Below, in pieces: positions 1 through 9,504 of a DNA stretch of 64,000 nucleotides. The notes below the pieces were generated by a model, which saw nothing but the letters and a program-made list of their open reading frames with translations, was not told the origin of the DNA and did no database searches. The DNA comes from an uncultured Pseudomonadota bacterium (GTDB taxonomy: Bacteria; Pseudomonadota; Gammaproteobacteria; Burkholderiales; Burkholderiaceae_C): positions 20,820-84,819 of the forward strand of contig CAMFIB010000005.1 in NCBI GenBank assembly GCA_945952465.1. Direction: 5' to 3'. The first letter of the stretch is position 1, and the number at the start of each line of letters is the position of its first letter. The translations under genes and the position numbers were made by a program.

Positions 1-1008
1 CGCCCCTTCCAACTCGCGCACGTTGGAGCGCACGTTCTTCGCGACGAAGAAGGCCACCTCTTCCGGCATCTCGGCGCCTTCGCTGCGGCCCTTGCTGATC
101 AGAATGGCCACCCGCATCTCCAGCTCCGGTGGCTCGATCGCCACCGTCAGCCCGGAATCGAAACGCGACACCAGCCGTTCGTGGATGTCGGCCAGCCCCT
201 TGGGGTAGGTGTCGCTGGTCATCACGATGTGCGACTTGCGGGTGAGCAGCGCCTCGAAGGCGTTGAAGAACTCCTCCTGCGTGCGGTCCTTGTTGGCGAA
301 GAACTGCACGTCGTCGATGAGCAGCAGGTCCAGCGAGTGGTAGCGCTGCTTAAACTCGTCGAAGGTCTTGCGCTGGTAGGCCTTAACCACATCGGACACG
401 AACTGCTCGGCGTGGATGTAGAGAACCTTGGCGCCCGGCTTGTCGGCCAGCAGCCGGTTGCCCACCGCGTGCATCAGATGGGTCTTGCCCAGCCCGACGC
501 CGCCGTAGATGAACAGCGGGTTGTACAGATGGCCCGGCGTGCCCGACACGTGCATGGCCGCGGCCCGCGCCATGCGGTTGGCCGTGCCCTCGACCAGCGT
601 GTCGAAGGTCAATGCGGTGTTGAGCCGGCTCTTGAATCCGTTGCCCGACGGGTCTTCGCCCGGCGCCAGGCCAGCCGGCTCGACCAGCGCGGCTTCTTCG
701 GGCTCCGGCATCGCGATGCGAACCGGGGCCTTCTCCTCACGCGGAGCAAGCGCTAACTCGAGGGGAATCGGCTGGCCGGAGAATTTCTCCAGCATGGTGC
801 CGATGCGGCTGGAATACTGGGCCCGCACCCAGTCGAGCTTGAAGCGGTTGCCGACCAGCAGCGTGACGCGCGACAGGTCGTCGGCAACGTCGGCCACCAG
901 CGGGCGGATCCAGGTGTTGAACTGCTGCTCGGGCAGTTCCTGCGCGAGCTGGTCGACGCAGGCCTGCCAGAGCCCTGCGCCTGCGCTGTGGGTTTGTCCC
1001 TCGCTCAT
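1..1008 (-). CDS. dnaA: Chromosomal replication initiator DnaA, N-terminal 336 codons (3' end runs off the window start)
   Basis: The reverse strand from CAT at 1006-1008 reads [37 protein letters not shown] Walker A region [20 protein letters not shown] is encoded around 481-540. The window edge reverse-translates to ...[23 protein letters not shown]. The gene is divergent from rpmH. It is absent from the ORF track because it is open at the window edge. Confidence 0.93.
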   Translation of the reverse strand, partial: MSEGQTHSAGAGLWQACVDQLAQELPEQQFNTWIRPLVADVADDLSRVTLLVGNRFKLDWVRAQYSSRIGTMLEKFSGQPIPLELALAPREEKAPVRIAMPEPEEAALVEPAGLAPGEDPSGNGFKSRLNTALTFDTLVEGTANRMARAAAMHVSGTPGHLYNPLFIYGGVGLGKTHLMHAVGNRLLADKPGAKVLYIHAEQFVSDVVKAYQRKTFDEFKQRYHSLDLLLIDDVQFFANKDRTQEEFFNAFEALLTRKSHIVMTSDTYPKGLADIHERLVSRFDSGLTVAIEPPELEMRVAILISKGRSEGAEMPEEVAFFVAKNVRSNVRELEGA

Positions 1009-1024
1009 CGGTGAGAATCGGCTT

Positions 1025-1033
1025 TGTGGATAG
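1025..1033 (-). promoter_or_regulatory. Near-consensus DnaA box (CTATCCACA on the minus strand)
   Basis: tgtggatag at 1025-1033 is the reverse complement of CTATCCACA, one mismatch from TTATCCACA. It lies 17 nt upstream of the dnaA start. Confidence 0.55.
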
Positions 1034-1073
1034 TTGTCATTTTCAGCCGGTCGCATTGTAGGCGGCAAACAAG

Positions 1074-1082
1074 TTATCCACA
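1074..1082 (+). promoter_or_regulatory. Perfect consensus DnaA box TTATCCACA
   Basis: Exact TTATCCACA sits in the dnaA-rpmH intergenic region. Confidence 0.65.
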
Positions 1083-1147
1083 CTCCGGCAATGTCCCGGG
1101 GTGGACGGGCGCCGATTGTGCCCCAGCCCATCCCGACACCCAAAAAC

Positions 1148-1177
1148 TTGCCGACTGTCACCGGTTTTTGCGATAAT
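1148..1177 (+). promoter_or_regulatory. Candidate sigma70 promoter for rpmH-rnpA (TTGCCG-N18-GATAAT)
   Basis: TTGCCG is at 1148-1153 and GATAAT at 1172-1177, about 25 nt upstream of the rpmH ATG. Confidence 0.45.
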
Positions 1178-1201
1178 GCCGGGTTCCCCTAGGACAAGAC
1201 C

Positions 1202-1336
1202 ATGAAACGCACCTATCAACCCTCCAAAGTCCGCCGCGCCCGCACGCACGGTTTCCTGGCCCGCATGAAGACCCGCGGTGGCCGTGCCGTGATCAACGCG
1301 CGCCGTGCCAAGGGCCGCAAGCGCCTGGCGGTCTGA
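1202..1336 (+). CDS. rpmH: 50S ribosomal protein L34
   Basis: My own translation is [44 protein letters not shown]. At 44 aa it is below the ORF-track cutoff. Confidence 0.97.
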   Translation: MKRTYQPSKVRRARTHGFLARMKTRGGRAVINARRAKGRKRLAV

Positions 1337-1360
1337 GCCCGCTTTTCTTTCTCGCACTCG

Positions 1361-1762
1361 GTGCAGCGGCTGACCACCCGCGCGCAATTCCAGGCCGTGA
1401 TGGACGGGCGTTCCGTGGCGCGCACCGCGCACTTCGTGCTGCACCGCCAGCCGCTCACCGCCGAGCTGCGCGCGTCGCTGTTCCGCCTTCCGGCCCCGCC
1501 TGCCGCCCAGCCCGCTGAACCCTGGCTGGGCGCGATGCTGCCCAAACGCTGGGCGCGCCGCGCCGTCACCCGCAACACGCTGCGCCGCCAGATCTACGCG
1601 GCCGCCGGCGAGTTCGAGCCCCGTCTCGCTGACCACGCCCATGTCGTGCGGCTGCGCGCCGGCTTCGACCGCGCGCTGTTTCCCAGCGCCACCTCGACCG
1701 CGCTGAAGCAGGCCGTGCGCGGCGAACTGCACCAGCTCTTCGCCGCCGCCACGCCCCCATGA
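1361..1762 (+). CDS. rnpA: Ribonuclease P protein component
   Basis: 133 aa with a GTG start, immediately downstream of rpmH. The N-terminus LTTRAQFQAV...HFVLH is typical of RnpA, and the rpmH-rnpA-yidD-yidC order is conserved. Confidence 0.85.
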   Translation: MQRLTTRAQFQAVMDGRSVARTAHFVLHRQPLTAELRASLFRLPAPPAAQPAEPWLGAMLPKRWARRAVTRNTLRRQIYAAAGEFEPRLADHAHVVRLRAGFDRALFPSATSTALKQAVRGELHQLFAAATPP

Positions 1763-2037
1763 TCCGCGCCACGCTGATCGGCCTGGTGAAGGCCTACCGC
1801 CTGCTGCTGAGCCCGTCGCTCGGCTCGGCCTGCCGTTTCACGCCGACCTGTTCCGCCTACACGCTCGAAGCGCTGGAGCGCCACGGCGCGCTGGCCGGCA
1901 GCTACCTGGGCGCCGCCCGCATCCTGCGCTGCCAGCCCTGGTGCGACGGCGGCTGCGACCCGGTGCCGGCACAGCCGCCGCGCCTGCTCTCGCGCTTCGC
2001 ATCCCCGAATTCCACTTCCTCCTCCGCCTCGCCATGA
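1759..2037 (+). CDS. yidD: Membrane protein insertion efficiency factor YidD
   Basis: 92 aa with LIGLVKAYRLLLSP...CRFTPTCSAYTLEALERHG and ILRCQPW motifs. The start overlaps the rnpA stop by 4 nt. Confidence 0.9.
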   Translation: MIRATLIGLVKAYRLLLSPSLGSACRFTPTCSAYTLEALERHGALAGSYLGAARILRCQPWCDGGCDPVPAQPPRLLSRFASPNSTSSSASP

Positions 2038-3782
2038 ACGACATTCGCCGCACCATTCTGTGGGTGATCTTCGGCTTCTCGCTGGTCCTGTTGTGGGACC
2101 AGTGGCAGGTCCACAACGGCAACAAGCCGACCTTCTTCCCCACCGCCGCCACCAAGTCCGCCGCCTCGGCGCCGGCCAATGTGCCGGCCAGCGGCGCGGT
2201 GCCGGGCGCACCGGCCTTGGCCGTGGCGTCGTCGGCGCCGGGTGCCGCACCCGCCAGCACCGGCGACCTGCCGGGCAGCGCCGGCGCGCAGGCCGTGCAG
2301 GCCAGCCGCGAGAAGGTGGAACTGACCACCGACGTGCTGAAGCTCACGTTCGACAGCGCCGGCGGCTCGCTGGTGCGCGCCGAGATGCTGAAGCACGAGG
2401 ACTCGCAGAACAAGGGCCACAACGTGGTGCTGCTCGACGAGAGCAAGGACCGCGTCTACCTGGCGCAGTCCGGCCTGGTGCCGGGCGCCGGCACCGGCGC
2501 CTCGGTGCCCAACCAGTTCACCAACATGGCCGTGACGCCGGGTGAGCGCGCGCTGAAGGACGGCGTGAACCAACTGACGCTGCGCTTCGAGTCGCCCGAA
2601 GTCGGCGGCGTGAAGCTGGTCAAGACCTACACGGTGAACCGCGGCGACTACGTCATCGGCGTCAAGCACGAGGTGGTCAACACCGGTGCGGCCGCCGCGT
2701 CGCCCAAGCTCTACCTGCAACTGGTGCGCGACGGCAACAAGCCGCCCGGCGAGTCGTCGTTCTACTTCACCTTCACTGGCCCGGCGGTCTACACCGAGGC
2801 CAAGAAATTCCACAAGGTCGAGTTCAAGGACATCGAGAGCGGCAAGGCCGAGGTCGACGTGAACAGCACCAACGGCTACGTGGCGATGGTGCAGCACTAC
2901 TTCGCCAGCGCCTGGCTGCTGCCCGACGGCACGCAGCGCGAGAACTACGTGAAGAAGGTGGGCACCAACCTGTACGGCGTCGGCATGCTGGCGTCCATCG
3001 GCACGGTGGCGCCGGGCGCCACGCAGACCACCGAGGCGCGGCTGTTCGTCGGCCCGCAGGAAGAAAAGCGCCTCGAGCTTCTGACGCCCGGCCTGGAGCT
3101 GGTGAAAGACTACGGCTGGCTGACCATCCTCAGCAAGCCGCTGTACTGGCTGCTGTACGCGCTGAACAGCTTCATCCACAACTGGGGCTGGTCCATCGTT
3201 GCGCTGGTGGTGCTGATCAAGGCCGCGTTCTTCTGGCTCAACGCCAAGGCGTACGCCAGCATGGCCAAGATGAAGGCGGTGACGCCGCGCATCACCGAGC
3301 TGCGCGAGCGCCTGAAAGACAAGCCGCAGGAAATGCAGCAGGAGATGATGAAGATCTACCGCGAGGAGAAGGTCAACCCGATCGGTGGCTGCCTGCCCAT
3401 CATGATCCAGATCCCGGTGTTCATCGCGCTGTACTGGGTGCTGCTGAGCTCGGTCGAGATGCGCAACGCGCCGTGGGTGCTGTGGATCCACGACCTCGCC
3501 GCGCCCGACCCGTTCTTCATCCTGCCGCTGGTGATGACCACCACCACGCTGCTGCAGACCTGGCTCAACCCCACCCCGCCGGACCCGATGCAGGCCAAGC
3601 TGATGTGGATCATGCCGCTGGCCTTCAGCGTGATGTTCTTCTTCTTCCCGGCTGGCCTGGTGCTGTACTGGATCACCAACAACGTGCTGTCCATCGCCCA
3701 GCAGTACTTCATCAACAAGCGGCTCGGCGTGCTGACCAAGCCGAGCAACCCGTTCGACCTGTTCCGCGGCAAGTCGAACTGA
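2034..3782 (+). CDS. yidC: Membrane protein insertase YidC
   Basis: The track ORF 1941-3782 has an internal ATG at 2034 giving MNDIRRTILWVIFGFSLVLLWDQW, a typical YidC N-terminus. This ATG overlaps the yidD stop as ATGA. The C-terminal part has conserved insertase TM segments (PLYWLL, NPIGGCLP, LYWITNN). Confidence 0.93.
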   Translation: MNDIRRTILWVIFGFSLVLLWDQWQVHNGNKPTFFPTAATKSAASAPANVPASGAVPGAPALAVASSAPGAAPASTGDLPGSAGAQAVQASREKVELTTDVLKLTFDSAGGSLVRAEMLKHEDSQNKGHNVVLLDESKDRVYLAQSGLVPGAGTGASVPNQFTNMAVTPGERALKDGVNQLTLRFESPEVGGVKLVKTYTVNRGDYVIGVKHEVVNTGAAAASPKLYLQLVRDGNKPPGESSFYFTFTGPAVYTEAKKFHKVEFKDIESGKAEVDVNSTNGYVAMVQHYFASAWLLPDGTQRENYVKKVGTNLYGVGMLASIGTVAPGATQTTEARLFVGPQEEKRLELLTPGLELVKDYGWLTILSKPLYWLLYALNSFIHNWGWSIVALVVLIKAAFFWLNAKAYASMAKMKAVTPRITELRERLKDKPQEMQQEMMKIYREEKVNPIGGCLPIMIQIPVFIALYWVLLSSVEMRNAPWVLWIHDLAAPDPFFILPLVMTTTTLLQTWLNPTPPDPMQAKLMWIMPLAFSVMFFFFPAGLVLYWITNNVLSIAQQYFINKRLGVLTKPSNPFDLFRGKSN

Positions 3783-3804
3783 CCGGCTGACGCCACCCGA
3801 CGCA

Positions 3805-3842
3805 AGCCGCCCGCGCCACCGCGCCGGCGGCTTCGGTTTTTG
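3805..3842 (+). terminator. Rho-independent terminator-like hairpin after yidC
   Basis: aagccgcc (3805-3812) pairs with ggcggctt (3827-3834), followed by cggttttt. Confidence 0.5.
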
Positions 3843-3859
3843 ATGCAAGATCAACCGCC

Positions 3860-5284
3860 ATGACCGCCACCGCCCAGCTCGACCCGATCGCCGCGATCGC
3901 CACCGCGCCCGGCCGTGGCGCGGTTGGCATCGTGCGGGTGTCGGGGCCGTCGCTGGGCCCGCTGGTGCGCGCGCTGTGCGGCCGCGAGCTGAAGCCGCGC
4001 GAGGCCACCTACGGCCCGCTGCGCGACGCCGCCGGCGGCGCGATCGACCACGGGCTGGCGCTGTGGTTCCCGGCCCCGCATTCCTACACCGGCGAAGACG
4101 TGCTGGAGCTGCAGGCGCACGGCGGGCCTGTGGTGCTGCAACTGCTGCTGGCGCGCTGCATCGAGGCCGCCGCCGAGCGGGATGCCGCGACCGGCGCCCC
4201 ACGGCTGCCGCGCCTGCGGCTCGCGCAGCCCGGCGAGTTCACGCAGCGCGCCTTTCTGAACGACAAGATCGACCTCGCGCAGGCCGAGGCGGTGGCCGAC
4301 CTGATCGACGCCAGCACCGAGGCGGCCGCCCGCAGTGCGGCCCGCTCGCTGTCGGGCGCGTTCTCGGACGAGGTGCACCGGCTGCGCGACGCGCTGGTCC
4401 ACCTCCGCATGCTGGTCGAGGCCACGCTGGATTTTCCGGAAGAGGAAATCGACTTTCTGCAGAAGGCCGACGCGCAAGGCCAGCTCGACGCGCTGCGCGC
4501 GCAGGTGGCCACGGTGCTGGCCCGCACGCGGCAGGGCGCACTGCTGCGCGAAGGCATCACGGTGGTCATCGCCGGCCAGCCCAACGCCGGCAAGAGCTCG
4601 CTGCTGAACGCGCTGGCGGGGGCCGAGCTGGCCATCGTCACGCCCATCCCCGGCACCACCCGCGACAAGGTCGCGCAGACCATCCAGATCGACGGCGTGC
4701 CGCTGCACGTGATCGACACCGCCGGCCTGCGCGACGACACGGCCGACGCGGTGGAGCGCATCGGCATCGAACGCGCCTGGGCCGAGATCGAGCGGGCCGA
4801 CGCGGTGCTGTTTCTGCGTGACCTCACGCGCATGGATGCTCCTGAATCAATAGCATCCGATCAAGCCATCGCGCTGACTCTGGCCGAAAAACTATCTCAA
4901 ACCGTGCCGGTGATCTCGCTGTGGAACAAGGCCGACGCCACCGCCGCGCGGCCGGTCGGGGCCAACGGTGAGGCGGCGCTCGTGCTGTCCGCCAAGACCG
5001 GCGAAGGCCTGGACGCACTGCGCCGCCGCATGCTGGACATCGCCGGCTGGCAGGCCGCGCCCGAGGGCCTCTACCTGGCCCGCGAACGCCACGTGCAGGC
5101 GCTGCGCGCGGTGGCCGACCACCTGGACCTGGCCAACGCCCACCTCGCCGCGCGTGCCCAATCGCTGGACCTGCTGGCCGAGGAACTGAGGCTGGCCCAG
5201 CAGGCGCTGGCCGCGATCACCGGCGAGTTCACGTCCGACGATTTGCTGGGCGTCATCTTCTCGTCGTTCTGCATCGGCAAATAG
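3860..5284 (+). CDS. mnmE: tRNA modification GTPase MnmE (TrmE)
   Basis: 474 aa with G-domain motifs [20 protein letters not shown] and NKAD, plus the C-terminal FCIGK signature. Confidence 0.95.
   Translation: MTATAQLDPIAAIATAPGRGAVGIVRVSGPSLGPLVRALCGRELKPREATYGPLRDAAGGAIDHGLALWFPAPHSYTGEDVLELQAHGGPVVLQLLLARCIEAAAERDAATGAPRLPRLRLAQPGEFTQRAFLNDKIDLAQAEAVADLIDASTEAAARSAARSLSGAFSDEVHRLRDALVHLRMLVEATLDFPEEEIDFLQKADAQGQLDALRAQVATVLARTRQGALLREGITVVIAGQPNAGKSSLLNALAGAELAIVTPIPGTTRDKVAQTIQIDGVPLHVIDTAGLRDDTADAVERIGIERAWAEIERADAVLFLRDLTRMDAPESIASDQAIALTLAEKLSQTVPVISLWNKADATAARPVGANGEAALVLSAKTGEGLDALRRRMLDIAGWQAAPEGLYLARERHVQALRAVADHLDLANAHLAARAQSLDLLAEELRLAQQALAAITGEFTSDDLLGVIFSSFCIGK
4837..4903 (-). 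repeat. Copy D of the ~65-nt dispersed repeat family, in frame inside mnmE
   Basis: This patch is ~49% GC inside a ~70% GC gene. Its reverse complement ends gctattgattcaggagca, versus gctactgaatcaggagca in copy C, and it shares the cggcc..agtcagcgc core. Confidence 0.6.
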
Positions 5285-5302
5285 CCCCGCCGGCGGCCGG
5301 GC

Positions 5303-5866
5303 TCAGTGTCCGGCGTAATCCACCAGCGTGAACAGCGGCAGGCCCGCCGCCTTCAGTCTTGCCGAGCCGCCCAGCTCGGGCAAATCGACGATGGCCGCGC
5401 CTTCCACCACCACGCCGCCCAGGTTTTCCAGCAGCCGCTTGCCGGCCATCATGGTGCCGCCGGTGGCGATCAAATCATCGATCAACAGCACCCGCTGGCC
5501 CTTGGAAACGGCATCGGTGTGCAGCTCCACCGTGGCGCTGCCGTACTCCAGCTCGTAGGTCTCCTGCACGGTGGTGAAGGGCAGCTTGCCCTTCTTGCGG
5601 ATCGGCACGAAACCCACGCCGAGCTGGTGCGCGACCACCGCGCCGATGATGAAGCCGCGCGCGTCCAGCCCGGCCACCAGGTCGGGCCGGTGATCGCTGC
5701 TCTTGTAGCGCGAGACGAAGGCGTCGATCAGCACACGGAACACCTCGGCGTCCTGCAGCAGCGGCGTGATGTCGCGGAACTGCACGCCGGGCGCCGGCCA
5801 GTCGGGCACGGTGCGGATGTGCTCGCGCAGAAAGGCGGCGATGTCGTCGTGTGTCTGGTGGGCCAT
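5303..5866 (-). CDS. apt: Adenine phosphoribosyltransferase
   Basis: 187 aa with the PRPP-binding motif [13 protein letters not shown]. Confidence 0.93.
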   Translation of the reverse strand: MAHQTHDDIAAFLREHIRTVPDWPAPGVQFRDITPLLQDAEVFRVLIDAFVSRYKSSDHRPDLVAGLDARGFIIGAVVAHQLGVGFVPIRKKGKLPFTTVQETYELEYGSATVELHTDAVSKGQRVLLIDDLIATGGTMMAGKRLLENLGGVVVEGAAIVDLPELGGSARLKAAGLPLFTLVDYAGH

Positions 5867-5881
5867 GTCGTCGTGTCTCCG

Positions 5882-7867
5882 TCAGCCGCGCACCAGTTTT
5901 TCCTCGGCCAGCGCCAGCGCTTCGGTGCGGCCCGACAGCACCAGCGTGTCGCCGATCTGCAGCACGGTGGCGTCGGTCGGTGTTTCGGTCTTGCCGTTGT
6001 GCGGCAGCCGGCTCAGCACCCGCACGCCCACTGCGTGCAGCGCCAGCGCGGCCAGCGGCTGGCCGACCGCGCGCGCGGTGATCGGCAGCGACACGGTGGA
6101 CAGACGCTCCTGCTCGCGCTCGGCGGCGGTGTCGTCGTCGGCGCCGTGGAAGTAGCCGCGCAGCAGGTTGTAGCGGGCGTCGCGCTGGTCCTGCACGACG
6201 CGGATCACGCGGCGCATCGGCACGCCGACCAGCGCCAGCGCATGGCTGGCCAGCATCAAAGAGCCCTCAATCGCCTCCGGCACCACGCCGGTCGCGCCGG
6301 CGATTTGCAGTTTTTCCAGGTCGCTGTCGTCGACCGTGCGCACGATCACCGGCACCTTGCTCGCGTGTTCCTGGATGTTGGCGATGACCTTGATCGCCGA
6401 CGGCGTGTCGAGGTAGGTCACCACCACCGCGCTGGCCCGCGCCAGACCCGCCGCCATCAGCGCCTGCAGCCGCGCGGCGTCGCCGAACACCACCGAGTCG
6501 CCGGCCGCGGCGGCCTGGCGCACCCGGTCGGGATCGAGGTCGAGCGCCATGTAGGGAATGCCCTCGCGCTCCAGCATGCGCGCCAGGTTCTGGCCGCAGC
6601 GGCCGTAGCCGCAGATGATGACGTGGCGTGTGGTGTTGATCGCCTTGCGCGCGATGTTCGTCATCTGCAGCGACTCCATCATCCAGTCGCTGCTGACCAG
6701 CTTCAGCACGATGCGGTTGCTGTAGTGGATCATGAACGGCGTGGCCAGCATCGACAGCACCATGCTCGCCAGGATGGGGTTCAGCAGCGCCGGCGCCAGC
6801 AGCTTGTTCTGCTGCGCGAGTGTGAGCAGCACGAAGCCGAACTCGCCGGCCTGCGCCAGGTACAGCCCGGTGCGCAGCGACACGCCGGGCGCCGCGCCCA
6901 GCGCCTGCGCCAGCGCCGCCACCACCACCAGCTTGAACAGCACCGGCAGCGCCACCAGCGCCAGCACCAGCTCCCAGTGGCTCAGCACCAGCCGCCAGTC
7001 CAGCATCATGCCGATGGTGATGAAGAACAGGCCCAGCAGCACGTCGTGGAAGGGCCGGATGTCGGTCTCCACCTGGTGCTTGTATTCGGTTTCCGACACC
7101 AGCATGCCGGCAATGAACGCGCCCAGCGCCAGGCTCAGCCCCGCCAGCTCGGTCAGCCAGGCCAGGCCCAGCGTCACCAGCAGCAGGTTCAGCACGAACA
7201 GTTCCTCGCTCTTGCGGCGCGCCACCAGCGTCAGCCACCAGCGCATCACCCGCTGCCCGCCGACCAGCAGGATGCCGATCAGCACGGCCGCCTTCAGGCC
7301 CGCCAGCAGCAGCGCCATCAGCAGGCTTTCGCTTTCCGCGCCCAGCGCTGGGATCAGCACCAGCAGCGGCACCACGGCCAAGTCCTGAAACAGCAGCACG
7401 CCCATCACGCGCTTGCCGTGCTCGCTCTCCAGCTCGGCGCGCTCGGCCATCAGCTTGACGAGGATGGCGGTGCTGCTCATCGCCAGCGCGCCCGACAGCG
7501 CCAGCGCGGTCTGCCAGCGCATGCCCCACAGCGTGGGCGCCAGCGCCGCCAGGAACAGCGAGCCGGCGGTCGCGATGCCCATGGTCAGCAGCACCTGCAG
7601 CAGGCCCAGCCCCAGCACGTGGCGCCGCATCTGCCGCAGCTTGTTCAAATTGAATTCGAGGCCGATGACGAACATCAGGAACACCACGCCGAACTCGGCC
7701 AGGTGCTTGATGCCCTCGGTGTTCTCGGCCAGCGCCATCGCGTGCGGGCCGATCACCACGCCCACCGCCAGATAGCCCAGCATCGGCGGCAGCCGCATCA
7801 TGCGGCAGGCCACCACCCCCAGCACGGCTGCTGCGAGGTACAGGAGCGTGAGTTCGAGGGAGGTCAT
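5882..7867 (-). CDS. CPA2-family monovalent cation:proton antiporter with TrkA-N/TrkA-C (RCK) domains (YbaL/Kef-like)
   Basis: 661 aa: an N-terminal polytopic Na+/H+-exchanger-like domain, then VIICGYGRCGQNLARML (a Rossmann RCK domain) and a C-terminal TrkA-C-like region. Confidence 0.85.
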   Translation of the reverse strand: MTSLELTLLYLAAAVLGVVACRMMRLPPMLGYLAVGVVIGPHAMALAENTEGIKHLAEFGVVFLMFVIGLEFNLNKLRQMRRHVLGLGLLQVLLTMGIATAGSLFLAALAPTLWGMRWQTALALSGALAMSSTAILVKLMAERAELESEHGKRVMGVLLFQDLAVVPLLVLIPALGAESESLLMALLLAGLKAAVLIGILLVGGQRVMRWWLTLVARRKSEELFVLNLLLVTLGLAWLTELAGLSLALGAFIAGMLVSETEYKHQVETDIRPFHDVLLGLFFITIGMMLDWRLVLSHWELVLALVALPVLFKLVVVAALAQALGAAPGVSLRTGLYLAQAGEFGFVLLTLAQQNKLLAPALLNPILASMVLSMLATPFMIHYSNRIVLKLVSSDWMMESLQMTNIARKAINTTRHVIICGYGRCGQNLARMLEREGIPYMALDLDPDRVRQAAAAGDSVVFGDAARLQALMAAGLARASAVVVTYLDTPSAIKVIANIQEHASKVPVIVRTVDDSDLEKLQIAGATGVVPEAIEGSLMLASHALALVGVPMRRVIRVVQDQRDARYNLLRGYFHGADDDTAAEREQERLSTVSLPITARAVGQPLAALALHAVGVRVLSRLPHNGKTETPTDATVLQIGDTLVLSGRTEALALAEEKLVRG

Positions 7868-7948
7868 TGGCCTATCCTATCAAGCCAGCATCGGCTCTCC
7901 GGGAATCAAGCACGATCGGTGCCCGACCGGCCGATAGAATCGGTGCCC

Positions 7949-8953
7949 ATGAACCGGCCCTCCGTCGCCCGCAGCCAGCCGTTCGACGCGGCGCAGGCGC
8001 TGCGCCTCGCGCTGGACACCTTCGACATCGAGGCCGACGCGGTGCGGGGCCTGAAGGCGCGCACCGGCGAAGGCTTCGGCCGCGCGGTGCAACGCATGCT
8101 CGACTGCGCCGGCCGCGTCGTCGTGATGGGCATGGGCAAGAGCGGCCACATCGGCCGCAAGGTGGCGGCCACGCTGGCCTCCACCGGCACCCCCGCGATC
8201 TTCGTGCACCCCGCCGAGGCCAGCCACGGCGACCTCGGCATGATCACGCCCGACGACCTGGTGCTGGCCATTTCCAACAGCGGCGAGAGCGACGAGCTCA
8301 CCGCCATCCTGCCGGTGCTCAAGCGCCTCGGCGTGCCGCTGGTCGCCATCACCGGCGGCGCCGCCTCCACGCTGGCGCGCCACGCCGACGTGGTGCTCGA
8401 CAGCGGCGTCGACAAGGAGGCCTGCCCGCTCAACCTGGCGCCCACCGCCAGCACCACCGCCCAGCTCGCGCTGGGCGACGCGCTGGCCGTGGCGCTGCTC
8501 GACGCGCGCGGTTTCCGGGCGGAGGACTTCGCCCGCTCGCACCCTGGCGGTGCGCTCGGCCGCAAGCTGTTGACCCAGGTCGCCGACGTCATGCGCAGCG
8601 GCGACGCGCTGCCGCGCGTGGCGCCCGCCACCGGCCTGAGCGATGTGATGCGCGAGATGAGCGCCAAGGGCCTCGGCGCCTCCGCCGTCGTGGACGACGC
8701 GGGCCAGCTCCTCGGCATCTTCACCGACGGCGACCTGCGCCGCCTGATCGAAAAAGGCCGCGACCTGCGCGCGCTGACCGCCGCCGACGTGATGCACGCC
8801 TCGCCCCGCACCGTGCGCGCCGACGCGCTGGCGGTGGAGGCGGTGGATTTGATGGAGTCGCACAGCATCACCTGCGTACTGGTCACCGACGCCGCCGGTG
8901 TGCTCACCGGCGCCGTCCACATCGGCGACCTGATGCGCGCGAAAGTCATTTGA
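7949..8953 (+). CDS. kdsD: Arabinose-5-phosphate isomerase (SIS + tandem CBS), KdsD/KpsF family
   Basis: An internal ATG at 7949 in the long artefactual ORF 5306-8953 gives MNRPSVARS... The protein has the SIS motif VMGMGKSGHIGRKVAATLASTG followed by two CBS-like repeats. It precedes kdsC-lptC. Confidence 0.9.
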   Translation: MNRPSVARSQPFDAAQALRLALDTFDIEADAVRGLKARTGEGFGRAVQRMLDCAGRVVVMGMGKSGHIGRKVAATLASTGTPAIFVHPAEASHGDLGMITPDDLVLAISNSGESDELTAILPVLKRLGVPLVAITGGAASTLARHADVVLDSGVDKEACPLNLAPTASTTAQLALGDALAVALLDARGFRAEDFARSHPGGALGRKLLTQVADVMRSGDALPRVAPATGLSDVMREMSAKGLGASAVVDDAGQLLGIFTDGDLRRLIEKGRDLRALTAADVMHASPRTVRADALAVEAVDLMESHSITCVLVTDAAGVLTGAVHIGDLMRAKVI

Positions 8954-8958
8954 ACGCC

Positions 8959-9504
8959 ATGCCACCCGCCCTGCAATTTCCGCCCGAACTGCTGCTGAAA
9001 GCGCAGAACGTGCGCGTCGCCTTCTTCGATGTCGACGGTGTGCTGACCGACGGCGGGCTGTATTTCTCCGAGGCCGGCGAGGCGCTGAAGCGCTTCAACA
9101 CGCTGGACGGCCACGGCCTCAAGCTGCTGGCGCGCGCCGGCATCGTGCCGGCCGTCATCACCGGCCGTGACTCGAAGGCGCTGCGGCGCCGGCTGGAGGC
9201 GCTGGGCATCACCGAGGTGCACTACGGCACCGAGGACAAACGCCCCGCCGCCGAAGCCACGTTGCAGAAGCTGGGCCTGGGCTGGCACGAGGCCGCCGCG
9301 ATCGGCGACGACTGGCCCGACCTGCCGGTGATGCGCCGCTGCGCCTTCAGCGCCGCGCCGCCCGGCGCTCATGCCGAGGCGCTGGCCGTGGCCAGCCACG
9401 TCACCCGCGCCAGCGGCGGCCACGGCGCCGGCCGCGAGTTCTGCGACCTGCTGCTGGTGGCCAGCGGCCGCTACGCCGCGCTGTTCGAGGAGGCCGTGGC
9501 ATGA
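8959..9504 (+). CDS. kdsC: 3-deoxy-D-manno-octulosonate 8-phosphate phosphatase (HAD)
   Basis: MPPALQF... with HAD motif I FFDVDGVLTDG and the later GDDWPDL motif. It lies between kdsD and lptC. Confidence 0.88.
   Translation: MPPALQFPPELLLKAQNVRVAFFDVDGVLTDGGLYFSEAGEALKRFNTLDGHGLKLLARAGIVPAVITGRDSKALRRRLEALGITEVHYGTEDKRPAAEATLQKLGLGWHEAAAIGDDWPDLPVMRRCAFSAAPPGAHAEALAVASHVTRASGGHGAGREFCDLLLVASGRYAALFEEAVA

Noticed and set aside
1009-1201. Annotating this spacer as oriC
   Set aside because: It has only two DnaA boxes and no obvious AT-rich unwinding element. A dnaA autoregulatory region is the simpler reading.
1902-4202. 766-aa minus-strand ORF, Arg/Ala/Gly-rich, spanning yidC and the start of mnmE
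   Set aside because: It is antisense to two unambiguous conserved genes, and its composition is typical of a stop-free antisense frame in ~70% GC DNA.
5306-7948. 5' two-thirds of the 1215-aa plus-strand ORF 5306-8953
   Set aside because: It is antisense to apt and the CPA2 antiporter. Only the 3' part from ATG 7949 (kdsD) has recognisable motifs.
7868-7948. Possible seventh, degenerate copy of the dispersed repeat (atcaagcca... and cggccgatagaatcgg)
   Set aside because: Only two short blocks match. The similarity is too weak to distinguish from chance by eye.
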